Shown: positions 1-10,053, counted from the first letter of the stretch. The stretch is 64,000 nt of DNA from a virus (IMGVR_UViG_3300032298_000540:12875-76874); one strand, 5' to 3'. The notes: generated from the letters alone by a model not told the origin. Numbers and translations: made by a program.

Positions 1-951
1 CAACACCTATGGAAGGTTCGACGAATGGGAACAGACGGAAAAGGAGATTGGCGCAGCATGACGCTTAATGAAATACGTACACAAAAAACAGTAGGGATTA
101 AAGGGAATGGTCGCCCTGGAGCACTGACCCAAAGAGTTACTGCAACATGTGAGTCAGGAGAAACACCTTGGTTAGATAGTAGAGGTTATCCTCGTTATCA
201 GATTCCTGTCACACAACCAGTTGAATATCCAGCAACAGAGCTTCCTCTTGATCCATATTTATTAGGGGCATTACTTGGTGATGGTTCTCTTAGTTCCAAT
301 AACCTTTCCTTATGTAGTGCAGATCCAGAGATTGTTGAACGTTGTTCCTTAGGATTACCAGAAGATTATCGTTTTAAAAAAGTAGCAAAATATGGATATA
401 ATATCTCACATGTTAAAGGGGTTCTTGCGGGAGGAAAACCAAGTGTTGTGCGAGAGATCCTAAAAACACTTGGGGTCTATGGTAAAACATCAATTGATAA
501 GTTTATTCCTAAGTCTTATTTGACAGCATCGATACCTGATCGAGAAGCATTGTTACAAGGGCTGCTAGACACAGATGGTACTGTTGCATCTACAGGAGGG
601 GTGTCTTTTTGTACAACATCTACAGCTCTTGTTAAAGATGTAACAGAACTAGTTCAATCCCTTGGAGGGATAGCAACACAACGTGCGTCACAATTAAATA
701 CATACCTAAACAAACATCAAGAGCGTGTACGTACGACAACACCATCAGTTACCTTAGGTATCAAATTACCAGATAGCATTAAACCTTTTCACTTACACCG
801 TAAAGCCCAAAGATATTCTCCTTGCACCAAGTATCTTCCTTGCCGCAGCATTAAAGATATTCGTCCATCAACAACAGAAAAAGTACGTTGTATTGAAGTA
901 GCTGACACCTGTCATACTTTCTTAACTAAAGATTATATTGTTAGTCATAAT
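1..951 (+). mobile_element. Intein 1 with LAGLIDADG homing endonuclease (N-terminus outside window)
   Basis: Block B-like HLWKV at the window start; LAGLIDADG motifs LLGALLGDG and LLQGLLDTDG; ends VRCIEV...FLTKDYIVSHN followed by Ser of SAKST. Confidence 0.92.
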
Positions 952-2856
952 TCGGCAAAGTCAACGACCTTAGGTTTGTTTACTGCATGGGCTATTGGTG
1001 TACATACCACAGCTAAATTACCTTTACAAATTCTTTATCTTTCTTATACTGTTGAAATTGCACGTCCTAAGTCAGCTGCAATTAAACGTATTATAGAAAG
1101 TCGTAAATATCAAGAAGTATTTCCTGCAGTAAGACTTCTTAAGAACGTAACAAGTAATGAATACTGGTCAGTGGACCATAAATTTGCAGGCATAGAAAGT
1201 ATCGGAGACGAGATGTTTACTCTCTGTGCTGCAGGCTTAAAAGGCTCAGTGACATCTAAGCGTTCCCATCTTTGCCTGATAGGGGATACACTGGTGTTAA
1301 CAAATCATGGCAACGTTCCAATTGCCACTATTTATGCAAATCCTGACGACTACCAAATTGCTACCAGAAATCACACCACAGATCAAATTGAGTGGAGCAA
1401 CGTGGCCGCAGTTACAAAACGTAATACCAAAGGAATTATTAGCATTGAAACAGAATGTGGAAATAAGATTCAATGCACTCCCGAACATCCTTTCATTACG
1501 GCGGACGGAAGGCAAAAGAGGGCAGCAGATTTTAGTCCAGGGGAAACCATTGTCGGATTATCCAACAGGGGACAAGTTGACACATTTACTAATTCTTGCA
1601 AGAGATTGTTCAATTTGCGTTGGTTGCAACACCTCGGAACACAAATAGCTATTAAACAACGGGCAACTGAGAACCAATCTTTGTGTCCACCATATAGATC
1701 ACAATCTTTCAAACAATACCCCACAAAATTTAATCACGTTGTGCAGGCAGTGCCATGTAGCACATCACCAGATAACAGACAAAGCTGGGAGGCCGTCACC
1801 ATTTCTAGAGTTGAGTTCTTTAGCGAAAAAGAGGAGTTTGTCTATGACTTAGAAGTCAGTCATAGCAGTCATAATTTTATTGCTAATGGTTTAAATGTTT
1901 TGAATTGTTTAATTGACGACTGTATAAAATCTGCTACGGATATAGCTAACCCTGATATACGTAAGGCAATGCAAGATAACTGGAACGCAGTTATTTCCCC
2001 AACTATGTTTGAAGGTGGAAGAGCAATATGTCTGGGCACCAGGTTTAGACATGACGATATACATGCCACTACATTTAATGAACAAAATAATTGGCGACAG
2101 ATCGTATTGTCTGCAATTCAACAAGATCCTAAAACAGGAGATGAACTTTCCTATTGGCCTGAAATGTGGTCACTTGAATACCTAAAGGAAAAAAAACGAA
2201 CGGCACCTATTGCATTCTCTTTTCAGTACATGAATCAAATAGTCAGACAAGGTGAATTATCCCTGGCACCAGAACTAATTGTAAAAGCCGAGATAGCAAC
2301 AGAATTTGATTCACTTGGAATAGGGGTTGATTTATCTGCTGGTATTAAAGAAAAGAATGACTACACCGTAATGGTTCTAGGTGGACGCATTGATGATCGT
2401 ATCCATATTATTGATTACCGCAGGATACGGGCCATGGGTAATCTAGAAAAGCTAGATGAAATGAAAGAATTACTTAATGATTGGTCAATCATAGGAAAGG
2501 ATGACAATGGGAATTACTTCCCAACCTTTTCTACTTGTGATGTTTGGTCAGAAGCCGTCCAGTATCAAGCCTCTCTCGAAGCCGACTTTAAGAGGATTTG
2601 CCTTAATGACGAAGGTCTGCACAACTTGATCTGGCACCCCGTCAAGGGCTTCCGTGCAGATAAGCTGGCGCGGTTTAGGGGGATTATAGGCATGTTTGAA
2701 GAACGAAAAATAATCTTTAATCGTTTTCGGAACTTCACTAATCTCTTCGAGGAACTCACAAATTTCGGCGTGAGTAGTCATGATGATTGTGTGGATGCGT
2801 TGGTATGGCTAGTAAATGGATTGGCCAAAAAAGGAAAGCTCCAATTTGATTACTAG
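1..2856 (+). CDS. terL: Terminase large subunit (5' truncated by window), interrupted by two inteins
   Basis: Frame is open from base 1. Extein pieces give Walker A remnant SAKST, Walker B (L)CLIDD, coupling motif GTRF, and RNase H-like nuclease motifs GIGVDLS...DYT and HDDCVDAL. It precedes the portal. Confidence 0.93.
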   Translation, partial: QHLWKVRRMGTDGKGDWRSMTLNEIRTQKTVGIKGNGRPGALTQRVTATCESGETPWLDSRGYPRYQIPVTQPVEYPATELPLDPYLLGALLGDGSLSSNNLSLCSADPEIVERCSLGLPEDYRFKKVAKYGYNISHVKGVLAGGKPSVVREILKTLGVYGKTSIDKFIPKSYLTASIPDREALLQGLLDTDGTVASTGGVSFCTTSTALVKDVTELVQSLGGIATQRASQLNTYLNKHQERVRTTTPSVTLGIKLPDSIKPFHLHRKAQRYSPCTKYLPCRSIKDIRPSTTEKVRCIEVADTCHTFLTKDYIVSHNSAKSTTLGLFTAWAIGVHTTAKLPLQILYLSYTVEIARPKSAAIKRIIESRKYQEVFPAVRLLKNVTSNEYWSVDHKFAGIESIGDEMFTLCAAGLKGSVTSKRSHLCLIGDTLVLTNHGNVPIATIYANPDDYQIATRNHTTDQIEWSNVAAVTKRNTKGIISIETECGNKIQCTPEHPFITADGRQKRAADFSPGETIVGLSNRGQVDTFTNSCKRLFNLRWLQHLGTQIAIKQRATENQSLCPPYRSQSFKQYPTKFNHVVQAVPCSTSPDNRQSWEAVTISRVEFFSEKEEFVYDLEVSHSSHNFIANGLNVLNCLIDDCIKSATDIANPDIRKAMQDNWNAVISPTMFEGGRAICLGTRFRHDDIHATTFNEQNNWRQIVLSAIQQDPKTGDELSYWPEMWSLEYLKEKKRTAPIAFSFQYMNQIVRQGELSLAPELIVKAEIATEFDSLGIGVDLSAGIKEKNDYTVMVLGGRIDDRIHIIDYRRIRAMGNLEKLDEMKELLNDWSIIGKDDNGNYFPTFSTCDVWSEAVQYQASLEADFKRICLNDEGLHNLIWHPVKGFRADKLARFRGIIGMFEERKIIFNRFRNFTNLFEELTNFGVSSHDDCVDALVWLVNGLAKKGKLQFDY
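1273..1905 (+). mobile_element. Intein 2 (211 aa) inserted just before Walker B
   Basis: Starts CLIGDTLV; block B CTPEHPF; block F/G VYDLEV..SHNFIANGLNVLN followed by Cys of CLIDD. Confidence 0.9.
1307..1852 (+). pseudogene. HNH endonuclease in the +1 frame inside intein 2, with one in-frame TAG at 1646-1648
   Basis: Hand translation: LILARDCSICVGCNTSEHK*LLNNGQLRTNLCVHHIDHNLSNNTPQNLITLCRQCHVAHH, which carries a complete HNH/zinc motif set. Confidence 0.8.
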
Positions 2857-2892
2857 ACCTTAGAATAGTAGCAGAAAGAACAGGCTGACGCA

Positions 2893-3168
2893 TTGGGACC
2901 CGAACTCTTGCTGGTTATTATTGGCTTTTCGGTACCAGCTGTTACTGGTGTTGGGTGGGTGACAAATAAATTGTTAGGCCGTTTTCATGAACGCATCCTT
3001 CGTGTGGAAAAACGAATGGACAACACCGATGCCGATCTGAATTCCATGTATCATCGTTTACCTATTGAGTATGTTCTTAAGGTTGATTTTTTAAGAGAGA
3101 TGCAACAAATGCAGGATAATTTTAAACAGATTAATATTAAACTTGATAAACTAATTGAAAAGTTGTAA
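2893..3168 (+). CDS. Small membrane-anchored coiled-coil protein
   Basis: N-terminal hydrophobic helix followed by heptad pattern; TTG start. Confidence 0.6.
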   Translation: MGPELLLVIIGFSVPAVTGVGWVTNKLLGRFHERILRVEKRMDNTDADLNSMYHRLPIEYVLKVDFLREMQQMQDNFKQINIKLDKLIEKL

Positions 3169-3172
3169 CCAA

Positions 3173-3355
3173 ATGAATTACACCCTTGAAATCCAAGAAG
3201 ACAGCAACGGAGATTATTTTATTGAATTTCCCACTGAAATAGTAGAAGCCCTTGGTTGGGCAGAAGGAGATATTTTAGAATGGAAATTAAAAGCTCAAGG
3301 TGTAATTTTATCAAAACTTAATGATCCAACAGGATATGAAGCAATAGAAGAATAG
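3173..3355 (+). CDS. AbrB/MazE/SpoVT-like DNA-binding protein
   Basis: EDSNGDYFIEFPTEIVEALGWAEGDILEW swapped-hairpin pattern; start moved to ATG 3173. Confidence 0.7.
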   Translation: MNYTLEIQEDSNGDYFIEFPTEIVEALGWAEGDILEWKLKAQGVILSKLNDPTGYEAIEE

Positions 3356-3388
3356 GTTGATAGAATAGAAACAATGATTGATAAATAA

Positions 3389-3925
3389 ATGAGAGTAAGT
3401 GGATTTCAGAATGTTCCAGGGGCACCTGGTAATTTACTAGCTGGCATTAACATGTCAGGTTTTGATATTAATAAGAGACCAGGAACACTAGGAGGACGTG
3501 CAGGAGAACAGCTTAAAGGTATTTACGAAGGTGGTACACAACAGAATCAACAACTGAACGAAGAGTTAAGAAACAGAGGCATCATGCCACGAGGTGTGAA
3601 TCTTCCTTTAGTTCAAGGAGGGCCTTCCCCTCTTGGTAATGCAGGATTCTTTGAAGGGCAAAATATTAATGCTTTCCAAACTCCTTTTTCTAATCCTTTA
3701 CTAGCAGAAAATCAAGGACCTAGTACACCTGTTAAATACTATCCTGATGCAAATAAAGGACAAGGAGGATATCTTCCTAATCGTGGTGCAGGCTATCCCG
3801 CAAATGTGCGCCCTAAAGGCCAGCAGCTTCTTGCTCAAGGGGATCCCGATAACGTTGAGGACAACGAACAAATGTTAAATCAATTTTCTTTACCAAATGG
3901 ATTTATTAATAAATACATCTCTTGA
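3389..3925 (+). CDS. Gly/Pro/Gln-rich hypothetical (possible virion protein)
   Basis: 178-aa ORF with upstream TAGAAT, located between terL and portal. Confidence 0.6.
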   Translation: MRVSGFQNVPGAPGNLLAGINMSGFDINKRPGTLGGRAGEQLKGIYEGGTQQNQQLNEELRNRGIMPRGVNLPLVQGGPSPLGNAGFFEGQNINAFQTPFSNPLLAENQGPSTPVKYYPDANKGQGGYLPNRGAGYPANVRPKGQQLLAQGDPDNVEDNEQMLNQFSLPNGFINKYIS

Positions 3926-3966
3926 AGTTATTAATCTTTAACTAAATTAGTAATTTATAACGTGTT

Positions 3967-4587
3967 ATGAATCCTTTTCAACAATTACTAGCTAATTTAA
4001 AAGCTCCAAAAATACTTGATGATTTACCTCAATTAACTGGTGTAATACCCTCTTCGACTGCTTTAAGACATTCACCAGTTGCAGCTAATTTATTTAGTGC
4101 TTTTACAGGTGGTCCTTTAAAGTTAAAGGATTTTAATAATACGGGTAGTGCAACTATTAACCCTCTGGCAGGAGGAATGAACCTGTCTTTTGGAAATGGT
4201 TTTGGCGTAGATTTAAATGCAAAAAATAAACAAATAGGACTACAGACCCCAATTGGCACTTTAAGCGGTAATTTCAACAAGGACAACCCAGGGGTAAATG
4301 TAGCATTTCCTGTAGGAAAAACTGCTGATGTGCAAGCTGGTTACGATCCTACACGCGGAGCGTTTGGCGAATTTAATTTTAACATTCCTTTTGGCGGTAA
4401 TCAACAACCTTCTGGCGGACGTTTACCTATACCTTCTTTACCCTCAAACCCAGTACCAGAAGTTGTTCGCCCACCTTCTACAGGAAGATTTCTTTCTGGT
4501 GATACACCTCTCCACCTTCTTCCAAAAGCAGAATTATCTGATCCTGAACAAAAATTTCTAAATGATTTTATACGTGGCCGACTATAA
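3967..4587 (+). CDS. Hypothetical protein
   Basis: 206-aa ORF, Gly/Pro-rich. Confidence 0.6.
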   Translation: MNPFQQLLANLKAPKILDDLPQLTGVIPSSTALRHSPVAANLFSAFTGGPLKLKDFNNTGSATINPLAGGMNLSFGNGFGVDLNAKNKQIGLQTPIGTLSGNFNKDNPGVNVAFPVGKTADVQAGYDPTRGAFGEFNFNIPFGGNQQPSGGRLPIPSLPSNPVPEVVRPPSTGRFLSGDTPLHLLPKAELSDPEQKFLNDFIRGRL

Positions 4588-4648
4588 ATGTCCTAAACTT
4601 TCACTAGAGATGCTAAGATTTACAAAACCAAACTTTAATAAATAAGCT

Positions 4649-6937
4649 GTGGACGCTAACTCTCGCCTAAAAGAAATTATTGATTCCTACATCGAGAAAG
4701 ATGGCGGAGCAAATATTGACACAGGTATTGTTGCGTCCCATGTAGCACAAATGAAACTCTTTGGTATCCGCCAAGGGGTAGAATTTTTTCCTTCTCAAGA
4801 TAATTTTGGTAATCAACGCAAAGATTTTGTCGATAGGGTACTCAAATACAACAGGATGGATACCCGCTTAGATTCAATCTGGGAGTATTTTCTGTGTGAT
4901 GGACAAGGTTTGTTTTATATCAGACCTACTGAGTCTAATTACCGACTTTACTTTTTCCGCCAGCATGAATACCGTTCTTACTACGGAATCAATGGCGAGT
5001 TAGAAGAAGTAATTATTATCTATAGCTATAAAGTAAGACAAGGATCAGGTTTCAGCGATGGTGTTAACATCACTAATATCTCAGGTAATGCTATTACTGG
5101 TCCACAGGGAGCCAAGCGATATATTAAATTATCAATTAAAGATAAGGTAATCGAAGAAACGCATAGTGAAGGAGAGATGTCCTTTGACTTGCCTAGTTAT
5201 AATGTCCCCGGACGTACTCAAACATTTAAAAATACACTCGGATTCATTCCTTGTGTAGAAATCTTCAATAGTCCCAAGGGTTTTTCTAACGAAGGGGTAG
5301 GAGAATTTGATGCATTAGCCAATCATATTGTCACGCATGACGAAATGGTACGTACCATGCGTAAGAATGTACAGTTCTTTGGTAATCCAACTCTTCTTTC
5401 ATCAAGACCTAAGACAGATCTTATGGAAGCAGGATCTGATTCTACTGTTCAACGTCCTTCTATTGCAGCAAACTCTGGTTTTACTGGATTAGGTTCATTA
5501 AGTCAATCACGATTTAAATCAGATCCTCTTTCTAGAGGAATGGATGGACAGATCAGAGTACCTAGGGTGATTGCCAACCTGGAACCGAATGATCGTGTTG
5601 GTTATATTGTCCCAGATGCTATCACTGGAGATCAAAATAACTTTGCACGTCAGTATCGAGAAGAAATACGAACAGCTCTAGGGGGTGTAGACGATCTTTC
5701 TATCTCCGCTGGTATCACAGCAACAGAATATAAATCATTATTCGGTCGTGTATCAGCAACATCCAAGAAGAAAGCAAATGCTATTTATACATATGGTATT
5801 TGTAGGTGTTTAGAGTTAATCATCTATCAAGAAGAACGTTTATTTCGTGATACATTAGCTGCTTCTAGTGGAATTGAAAAGCCAATAGAACCATCAGAGA
5901 ATGCATCTAAAGAAGAAATTGATTTATATGAAGCCAGTTTAAAAGGATTTGAAGAGAAAGTTAAACAAATAATGAAGGCTTGTGTAGAAACTCAATACAT
6001 ACCAACAGGCGTCATGGGCTTAATACCAGACGGGGATCTAACCATGCTTTGGAGGTGGTTAGGTCCTGTTTACGAAGACTCCACGCAAGATATTTTAAAT
6101 AATTCTATCGTGGTACGTAACCTCCAAGAATTAGGTGTTGATAGTATTGAAGCACTGAAGTACCTCTTCCCGTCAAAAACGGATGAGGAGCGGGCCTCGA
6201 TGTTATCGGGATTCCCGTTCAGGATGGTCAACGAATTGCAAGGTGCTTACTCAGCCTTTGCAAAATTAGTGGGGGGCATGATGCAGACCCCTCACCCGCA
6301 GTCACCAGATTTACCGATGGCTGCAGACCCACGTCTTGACCTTACACCTTATCTGTATCGTACCTTAGAAGCATTACAAAAGGAGATGAGTTATGCAGGA
6401 CGCTACCGTCCAATCGATCCCACAGATGAGCCAAGTACCAACCGCAGTAGCGCCAAGCAGCTACGTGGCAGTACCAGCGCCTCAAGCTCCAGCACCGAGC
6501 TACCAGGGACCGGTCAATTACCAGGTGGGTACCAGTTACCCCCAAGCGGTGCCACAAGCGCCTATCAGCTACCAATCAAGCCCTACTCAGTACGCCCCCC
6601 AATCCCAACCGGCGGCACCCCAGAACAGCCCATGGGAATCGGCGTTCAACAAGGTGGTGGGTCTGCTGAGCGCACCAGTCCAATCCCCGTTCCAGGGTCA
6701 ACCCTCGGCTCCGACGCCAACATACGCCCCGGCCAATTACGGTCAGACGTACAACGGCCAAGCTACGCCCAACTTGGGGACGCAGACCTCGTATCCCAAC
6801 CAGGAATCCTCAGCCAATTATTCCCAAACTTCCTCGAGTCCCTCACTGCCCGAAATAGCGGACTACCTGGGCCTGAGCAACGAAAGCCGCCAGGTGATCG
6901 ACGCGTTCGGGGTAGAAGCACCAGCCGTCCTAAATAA
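4649..6937 (+). CDS. Portal protein with long low-complexity C-terminal tail
   Basis: Position between terL and MCP, size, portal-like GFIPCVE...GEFD and N.P.L segments; the last ~180 codons overlap the next ORF. Confidence 0.75.
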   Translation: MDANSRLKEIIDSYIEKDGGANIDTGIVASHVAQMKLFGIRQGVEFFPSQDNFGNQRKDFVDRVLKYNRMDTRLDSIWEYFLCDGQGLFYIRPTESNYRLYFFRQHEYRSYYGINGELEEVIIIYSYKVRQGSGFSDGVNITNISGNAITGPQGAKRYIKLSIKDKVIEETHSEGEMSFDLPSYNVPGRTQTFKNTLGFIPCVEIFNSPKGFSNEGVGEFDALANHIVTHDEMVRTMRKNVQFFGNPTLLSSRPKTDLMEAGSDSTVQRPSIAANSGFTGLGSLSQSRFKSDPLSRGMDGQIRVPRVIANLEPNDRVGYIVPDAITGDQNNFARQYREEIRTALGGVDDLSISAGITATEYKSLFGRVSATSKKKANAIYTYGICRCLELIIYQEERLFRDTLAASSGIEKPIEPSENASKEEIDLYEASLKGFEEKVKQIMKACVETQYIPTGVMGLIPDGDLTMLWRWLGPVYEDSTQDILNNSIVVRNLQELGVDSIEALKYLFPSKTDEERASMLSGFPFRMVNELQGAYSAFAKLVGGMMQTPHPQSPDLPMAADPRLDLTPYLYRTLEALQKEMSYAGRYRPIDPTDEPSTNRSSAKQLRGSTSASSSSTELPGTGQLPGGYQLPPSGATSAYQLPIKPYSVRPPIPTGGTPEQPMGIGVQQGGGSAERTSPIPVPGSTLGSDANIRPGQLRSDVQRPSYAQLGDADLVSQPGILSQLFPNFLESLTARNSGLPGPEQRKPPGDRRVRGRSTSRPK

Positions 6938-7361
6938 CTATGCTCTCCAATTGGAGACAATGTTGGACAATGCTGTTGCATGGGGCCAAAAAGCTAATGG
7001 TTTGCTGCATGGTTATGCCAACTTTGCTGTAAATGAGCACCAAGAGAATCTCGCTTATAACGAAATTCTGACTAATCCTGATGTACTGAGTGACTACACT
7101 TTGAAGTTCTTCGGTCCTGAAGGTCCTTATCCTGTATATGAAAGTGAGGGCGAATTGGAAACACCTGGTTATCGCACAGAGCAAGTAGTACCTGGTTATG
7201 GGAATTTCCCTGCACCTCCTGATGCTGCTGCTCCACAACAACCCCAAAACTTCTGGGGTGGATTCAATGAAATCATGGCACGAGATCCCCAGAATGCCTG
7301 GCGTGTTCTTAACCAAGCTCAACCTAATACTGTAGCTAACAAGCTATTTGTAATGGAGTGA
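6393..7361 (+). CDS. Putative capsid scaffold/assembly protein
   Basis: Pro/Gln/Ala-rich N-half and helical C-half; lies upstream of the MCP. Confidence 0.6.
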   Translation: MQDATVQSIPQMSQVPTAVAPSSYVAVPAPQAPAPSYQGPVNYQVGTSYPQAVPQAPISYQSSPTQYAPQSQPAAPQNSPWESAFNKVVGLLSAPVQSPFQGQPSAPTPTYAPANYGQTYNGQATPNLGTQTSYPNQESSANYSQTSSSPSLPEIADYLGLSNESRQVIDAFGVEAPAVLNNYALQLETMLDNAVAWGQKANGLLHGYANFAVNEHQENLAYNEILTNPDVLSDYTLKFFGPEGPYPVYESEGELETPGYRTEQVVPGYGNFPAPPDAAAPQQPQNFWGGFNEIMARDPQNAWRVLNQAQPNTVANKLFVME

Positions 7362-7365
7362 GGCC

Positions 7366-7893
7366 ATGCGTCCACTTCTTAAATACGGAATCCCTGCAGC
7401 CGCTGGTTTAGCTACCGGTGGTTATGCTCTTTCACAAGGTGAAGATCCAGGTTCTGCTGCGGTAGCTGGACTTACTGGCGCTGCTGGTGCATATGGAGGT
7501 CTTCGTTTAGCTGGTAAATACAGCCCTTCGCTTGCGCAGGATAGTAAACGTTTACTTGGTAAAACAGAAGACAAGCTATCCCGTGCAAGTTACAACACCG
7601 AAAATGATCGTATCTCAGACGTATTATTAGGTCTTTCTGGTGCTGCAGGTAATGTTGCCGACCGTATTACACCTAGGGGTATGGGTAAAGTTACAGCAGC
7701 GGGCTTAGTTCCTGGGGCTTCAGCACTTGCTGGATTAGGTGGAATTGCCCTTGGTGCTATACCTAGTTCTATGGGGATTCCAGGATTTGCCGATCAACCC
7801 ATTGATCCCGAATCTTACGGATCTAGCAATTCACCCGGTGCCCGGTACAAACAAACAACAGGCACTGCAGGTATTAGTAACTATCAACGATAG
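7366..7893 (+). CDS. Gly/Ala-rich hypothetical virion or membrane protein
   Basis: 175-aa ORF with GxxxG-rich hydrophobic stretches. Confidence 0.6.
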   Translation: MRPLLKYGIPAAAGLATGGYALSQGEDPGSAAVAGLTGAAGAYGGLRLAGKYSPSLAQDSKRLLGKTEDKLSRASYNTENDRISDVLLGLSGAAGNVADRITPRGMGKVTAAGLVPGASALAGLGGIALGAIPSSMGIPGFADQPIDPESYGSSNSPGARYKQTTGTAGISNYQR

Positions 7894-7988
7894 TTAAATT
7901 AGTACCTGCTAAAATTTTCATAGATAAAGACAGTTGTACGTCTGAATCTTTTCACCATACATCCTGCAATATAGGAGGATAAACTAAA

Positions 7989-9155
7989 GTGTTTATTGAT
8001 ACCGATTTTCCAAAGATCTTAGGTGCAGAACTTTACCGTCCTCACCCTGCTTACATCTGCGAGATGGCCGTAGAACCAGTAGTGGTTCATGACTTTACTC
8101 GTCAGCCTGGTCAAACCGTTCAACTTGATCGCTACAAATTCTGGGGCACTCCTGGTACTAAGGATAGCCGCGAACGTATTTCCGATCAAACCATTGGTAC
8201 TGCCAACAGCCGTAACATCACCAAGGAAAAAGTCCTTGTGGTGCTTAAGGAATACACTGGCCCTGCGGATCCTTCTGATCCTACTCAGCCTAGTACCTTT
8301 AAGATTGCTCGTGAAACTCTGATTACTGCTCAGCGCATGTTGCTGGACACAGGTAATCTGAATATGTTCCACCAGTCTATTGGCTCCCTTACACTTCTTG
8401 ATGATTATCGCCGTTGGCGTGATCGTGTGTTTATTGATGAACTAGCCAAAGCAGAAGCTAATGGCGAAGCATCAACATCACAAGGTGGTTACTACTTCCC
8501 AACTGGTGCTGCTAAGGATTCCAGTGGCCGTATTTCTTACACCACTGCTCAGTACACAGCTAACGCACAACAGTTCCACGTATCTACCGACCTGTTGAAT
8601 GTTGTTAAGGATCTCCGTAAGCGCAACGTACCTACCTTCTCTGATGGTCTGTATCGTTGTATTTGCGATCCTACATTCATGATGCACCTGCGTCGTGATG
8701 CTGACTTCCGTGAAATTGCACGTTATTCAGGTAATCCTGGTCAAGGCATGTATATGTCTGGCAATCCCATGATGCCTAATAATGCTAGTTTCTACCAAGG
8801 TCCTCAAGCGGGTCAAGGTTACTTCCTGGCTGGTGAACCTGTAATGCCTACTGGCGTTCAGTTTGAAGGTGTTAAATTCTATGAATCTACCAACTTCCCA
8901 ACCAAGAATATTACAGCTAGCTTTACTGATGCTCCTGCTTATACTTCCCAGGAAGTAGCCCAAGGTTTCTTCTTTGGTCCTCAAGCAGTAGGCGTTGGTG
9001 TAGGCGGTCCTAATGCTCAAGTTCTCATTAACAATAATGATGACTTCAGCCGCTTTATCATTCTTATCTGGCAACTGTATGCTGGTTTTGAAATCCTGAA
9101 CAAGGACTTTGTTACCACTGCTTACAGCTTTGTCAGCGATGACGGCGTTCTTTGA
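7989..9155 (+). CDS. Major capsid protein
   Basis: 388 aa; the clearest AGGAGG SD in the region (~7973); highly biased codons; PGQTVQL and G.FEGVKFYES segments typical of HK97-fold MCPs. Confidence 0.85.
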   Translation: MFIDTDFPKILGAELYRPHPAYICEMAVEPVVVHDFTRQPGQTVQLDRYKFWGTPGTKDSRERISDQTIGTANSRNITKEKVLVVLKEYTGPADPSDPTQPSTFKIARETLITAQRMLLDTGNLNMFHQSIGSLTLLDDYRRWRDRVFIDELAKAEANGEASTSQGGYYFPTGAAKDSSGRISYTTAQYTANAQQFHVSTDLLNVVKDLRKRNVPTFSDGLYRCICDPTFMMHLRRDADFREIARYSGNPGQGMYMSGNPMMPNNASFYQGPQAGQGYFLAGEPVMPTGVQFEGVKFYESTNFPTKNITASFTDAPAYTSQEVAQGFFFGPQAVGVGVGGPNAQVLINNNDDFSRFIILIWQLYAGFEILNKDFVTTAYSFVSDDGVL

Positions 9156-9185
9156 TACAATAAATAAAACAACAAGGAGAAATAA

Positions 9186-10019
9186 ATGACTTATTTGACT
9201 TCCAAAAAGATCTACCCTGGCAACTGGGTAGAAGCTCTTAATGGCTGGTACAAAAACTTTGACTCCACTGGCGCTGGTGGAAGTGCAGATGCGTCTAAGG
9301 CTGGCCCTACATCTGTTCTAGCTATTCCCGGTTATCGTTACTTTCAGCAACGTGGTTATGTTCCTGTAACCTGGGTGTCTGGTGATTCTGCTACTTATGG
9401 TCAAACCATGAGTGTTATCATCCCATCTCCTTACAGGCAAGATGATACTCGTACTGATATTACCGGAATGGTAATCAGTGGTAACTCCACCCAAGCAGGC
9501 TATGTTTACCGCGCTGCAATCTCCGTTGGTTCTGGCTGGGGAGACAATCGTGTTGCTTCTGGTGTTTACGCCGCAACAGGTAACGTAATTGCCTTTGGTC
9601 GTGATAGCTCTGGTCCAGTTGCCGCTTCTGGTGAATCAGTGGCTGCTGCTGTACTATCTTCTACTGTTTCAGGTGAAGGCGCTGGCACTGTTTATTTTGC
9701 AGGTGGTAATCAAGCCTTTGGTTCAGTTCCTGTATTTATTGGACCTGCATCTGGCCTACAAGTTACAACTGGTTCAGGTTTTGTAAACAGTGGTGCTGTA
9801 TACAAACAGATTACTTCTGCTACAACCTTTAAGGTATACGCCAAATCTTCTGGTGATGCCACTGCTGTTTCAGGCGGTGTGTACATCTCACAAGCAGACA
9901 AAAATGCTGGTTTAACCGGTTACCTGTTTGTGGAAGTTTGCTACCTGGTTCCTGATAACGCCCCTGATTACAGCGATCTAGAAGCTTATCTTAATAATCG
10001 GACCGTCAGTTCGACTTAA
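9186..10019 (+). CDS. Structural protein (capsid decoration-like)
   Basis: Follows the MCP with an AAGGAG SD; Gly/Ser/Ala-rich, beta-type composition. Confidence 0.6.
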   Translation: MTYLTSKKIYPGNWVEALNGWYKNFDSTGAGGSADASKAGPTSVLAIPGYRYFQQRGYVPVTWVSGDSATYGQTMSVIIPSPYRQDDTRTDITGMVISGNSTQAGYVYRAAISVGSGWGDNRVASGVYAATGNVIAFGRDSSGPVAASGESVAAAVLSSTVSGEGAGTVYFAGGNQAFGSVPVFIGPASGLQVTTGSGFVNSGAVYKQITSATTFKVYAKSSGDATAVSGGVYISQADKNAGLTGYLFVEVCYLVPDNAPDYSDLEAYLNNRTVSST

Positions 10020-10053
10020 TTAGGGTAAACTAATACCAGAACACCTGGTACCC

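Noticed and set aside
1646-1648. Genome-wide TAG reassignment explaining the HNH stop
   Set aside because: Core genes are intact in the standard code, and terL and polA end at TAG at their expected C-termini.
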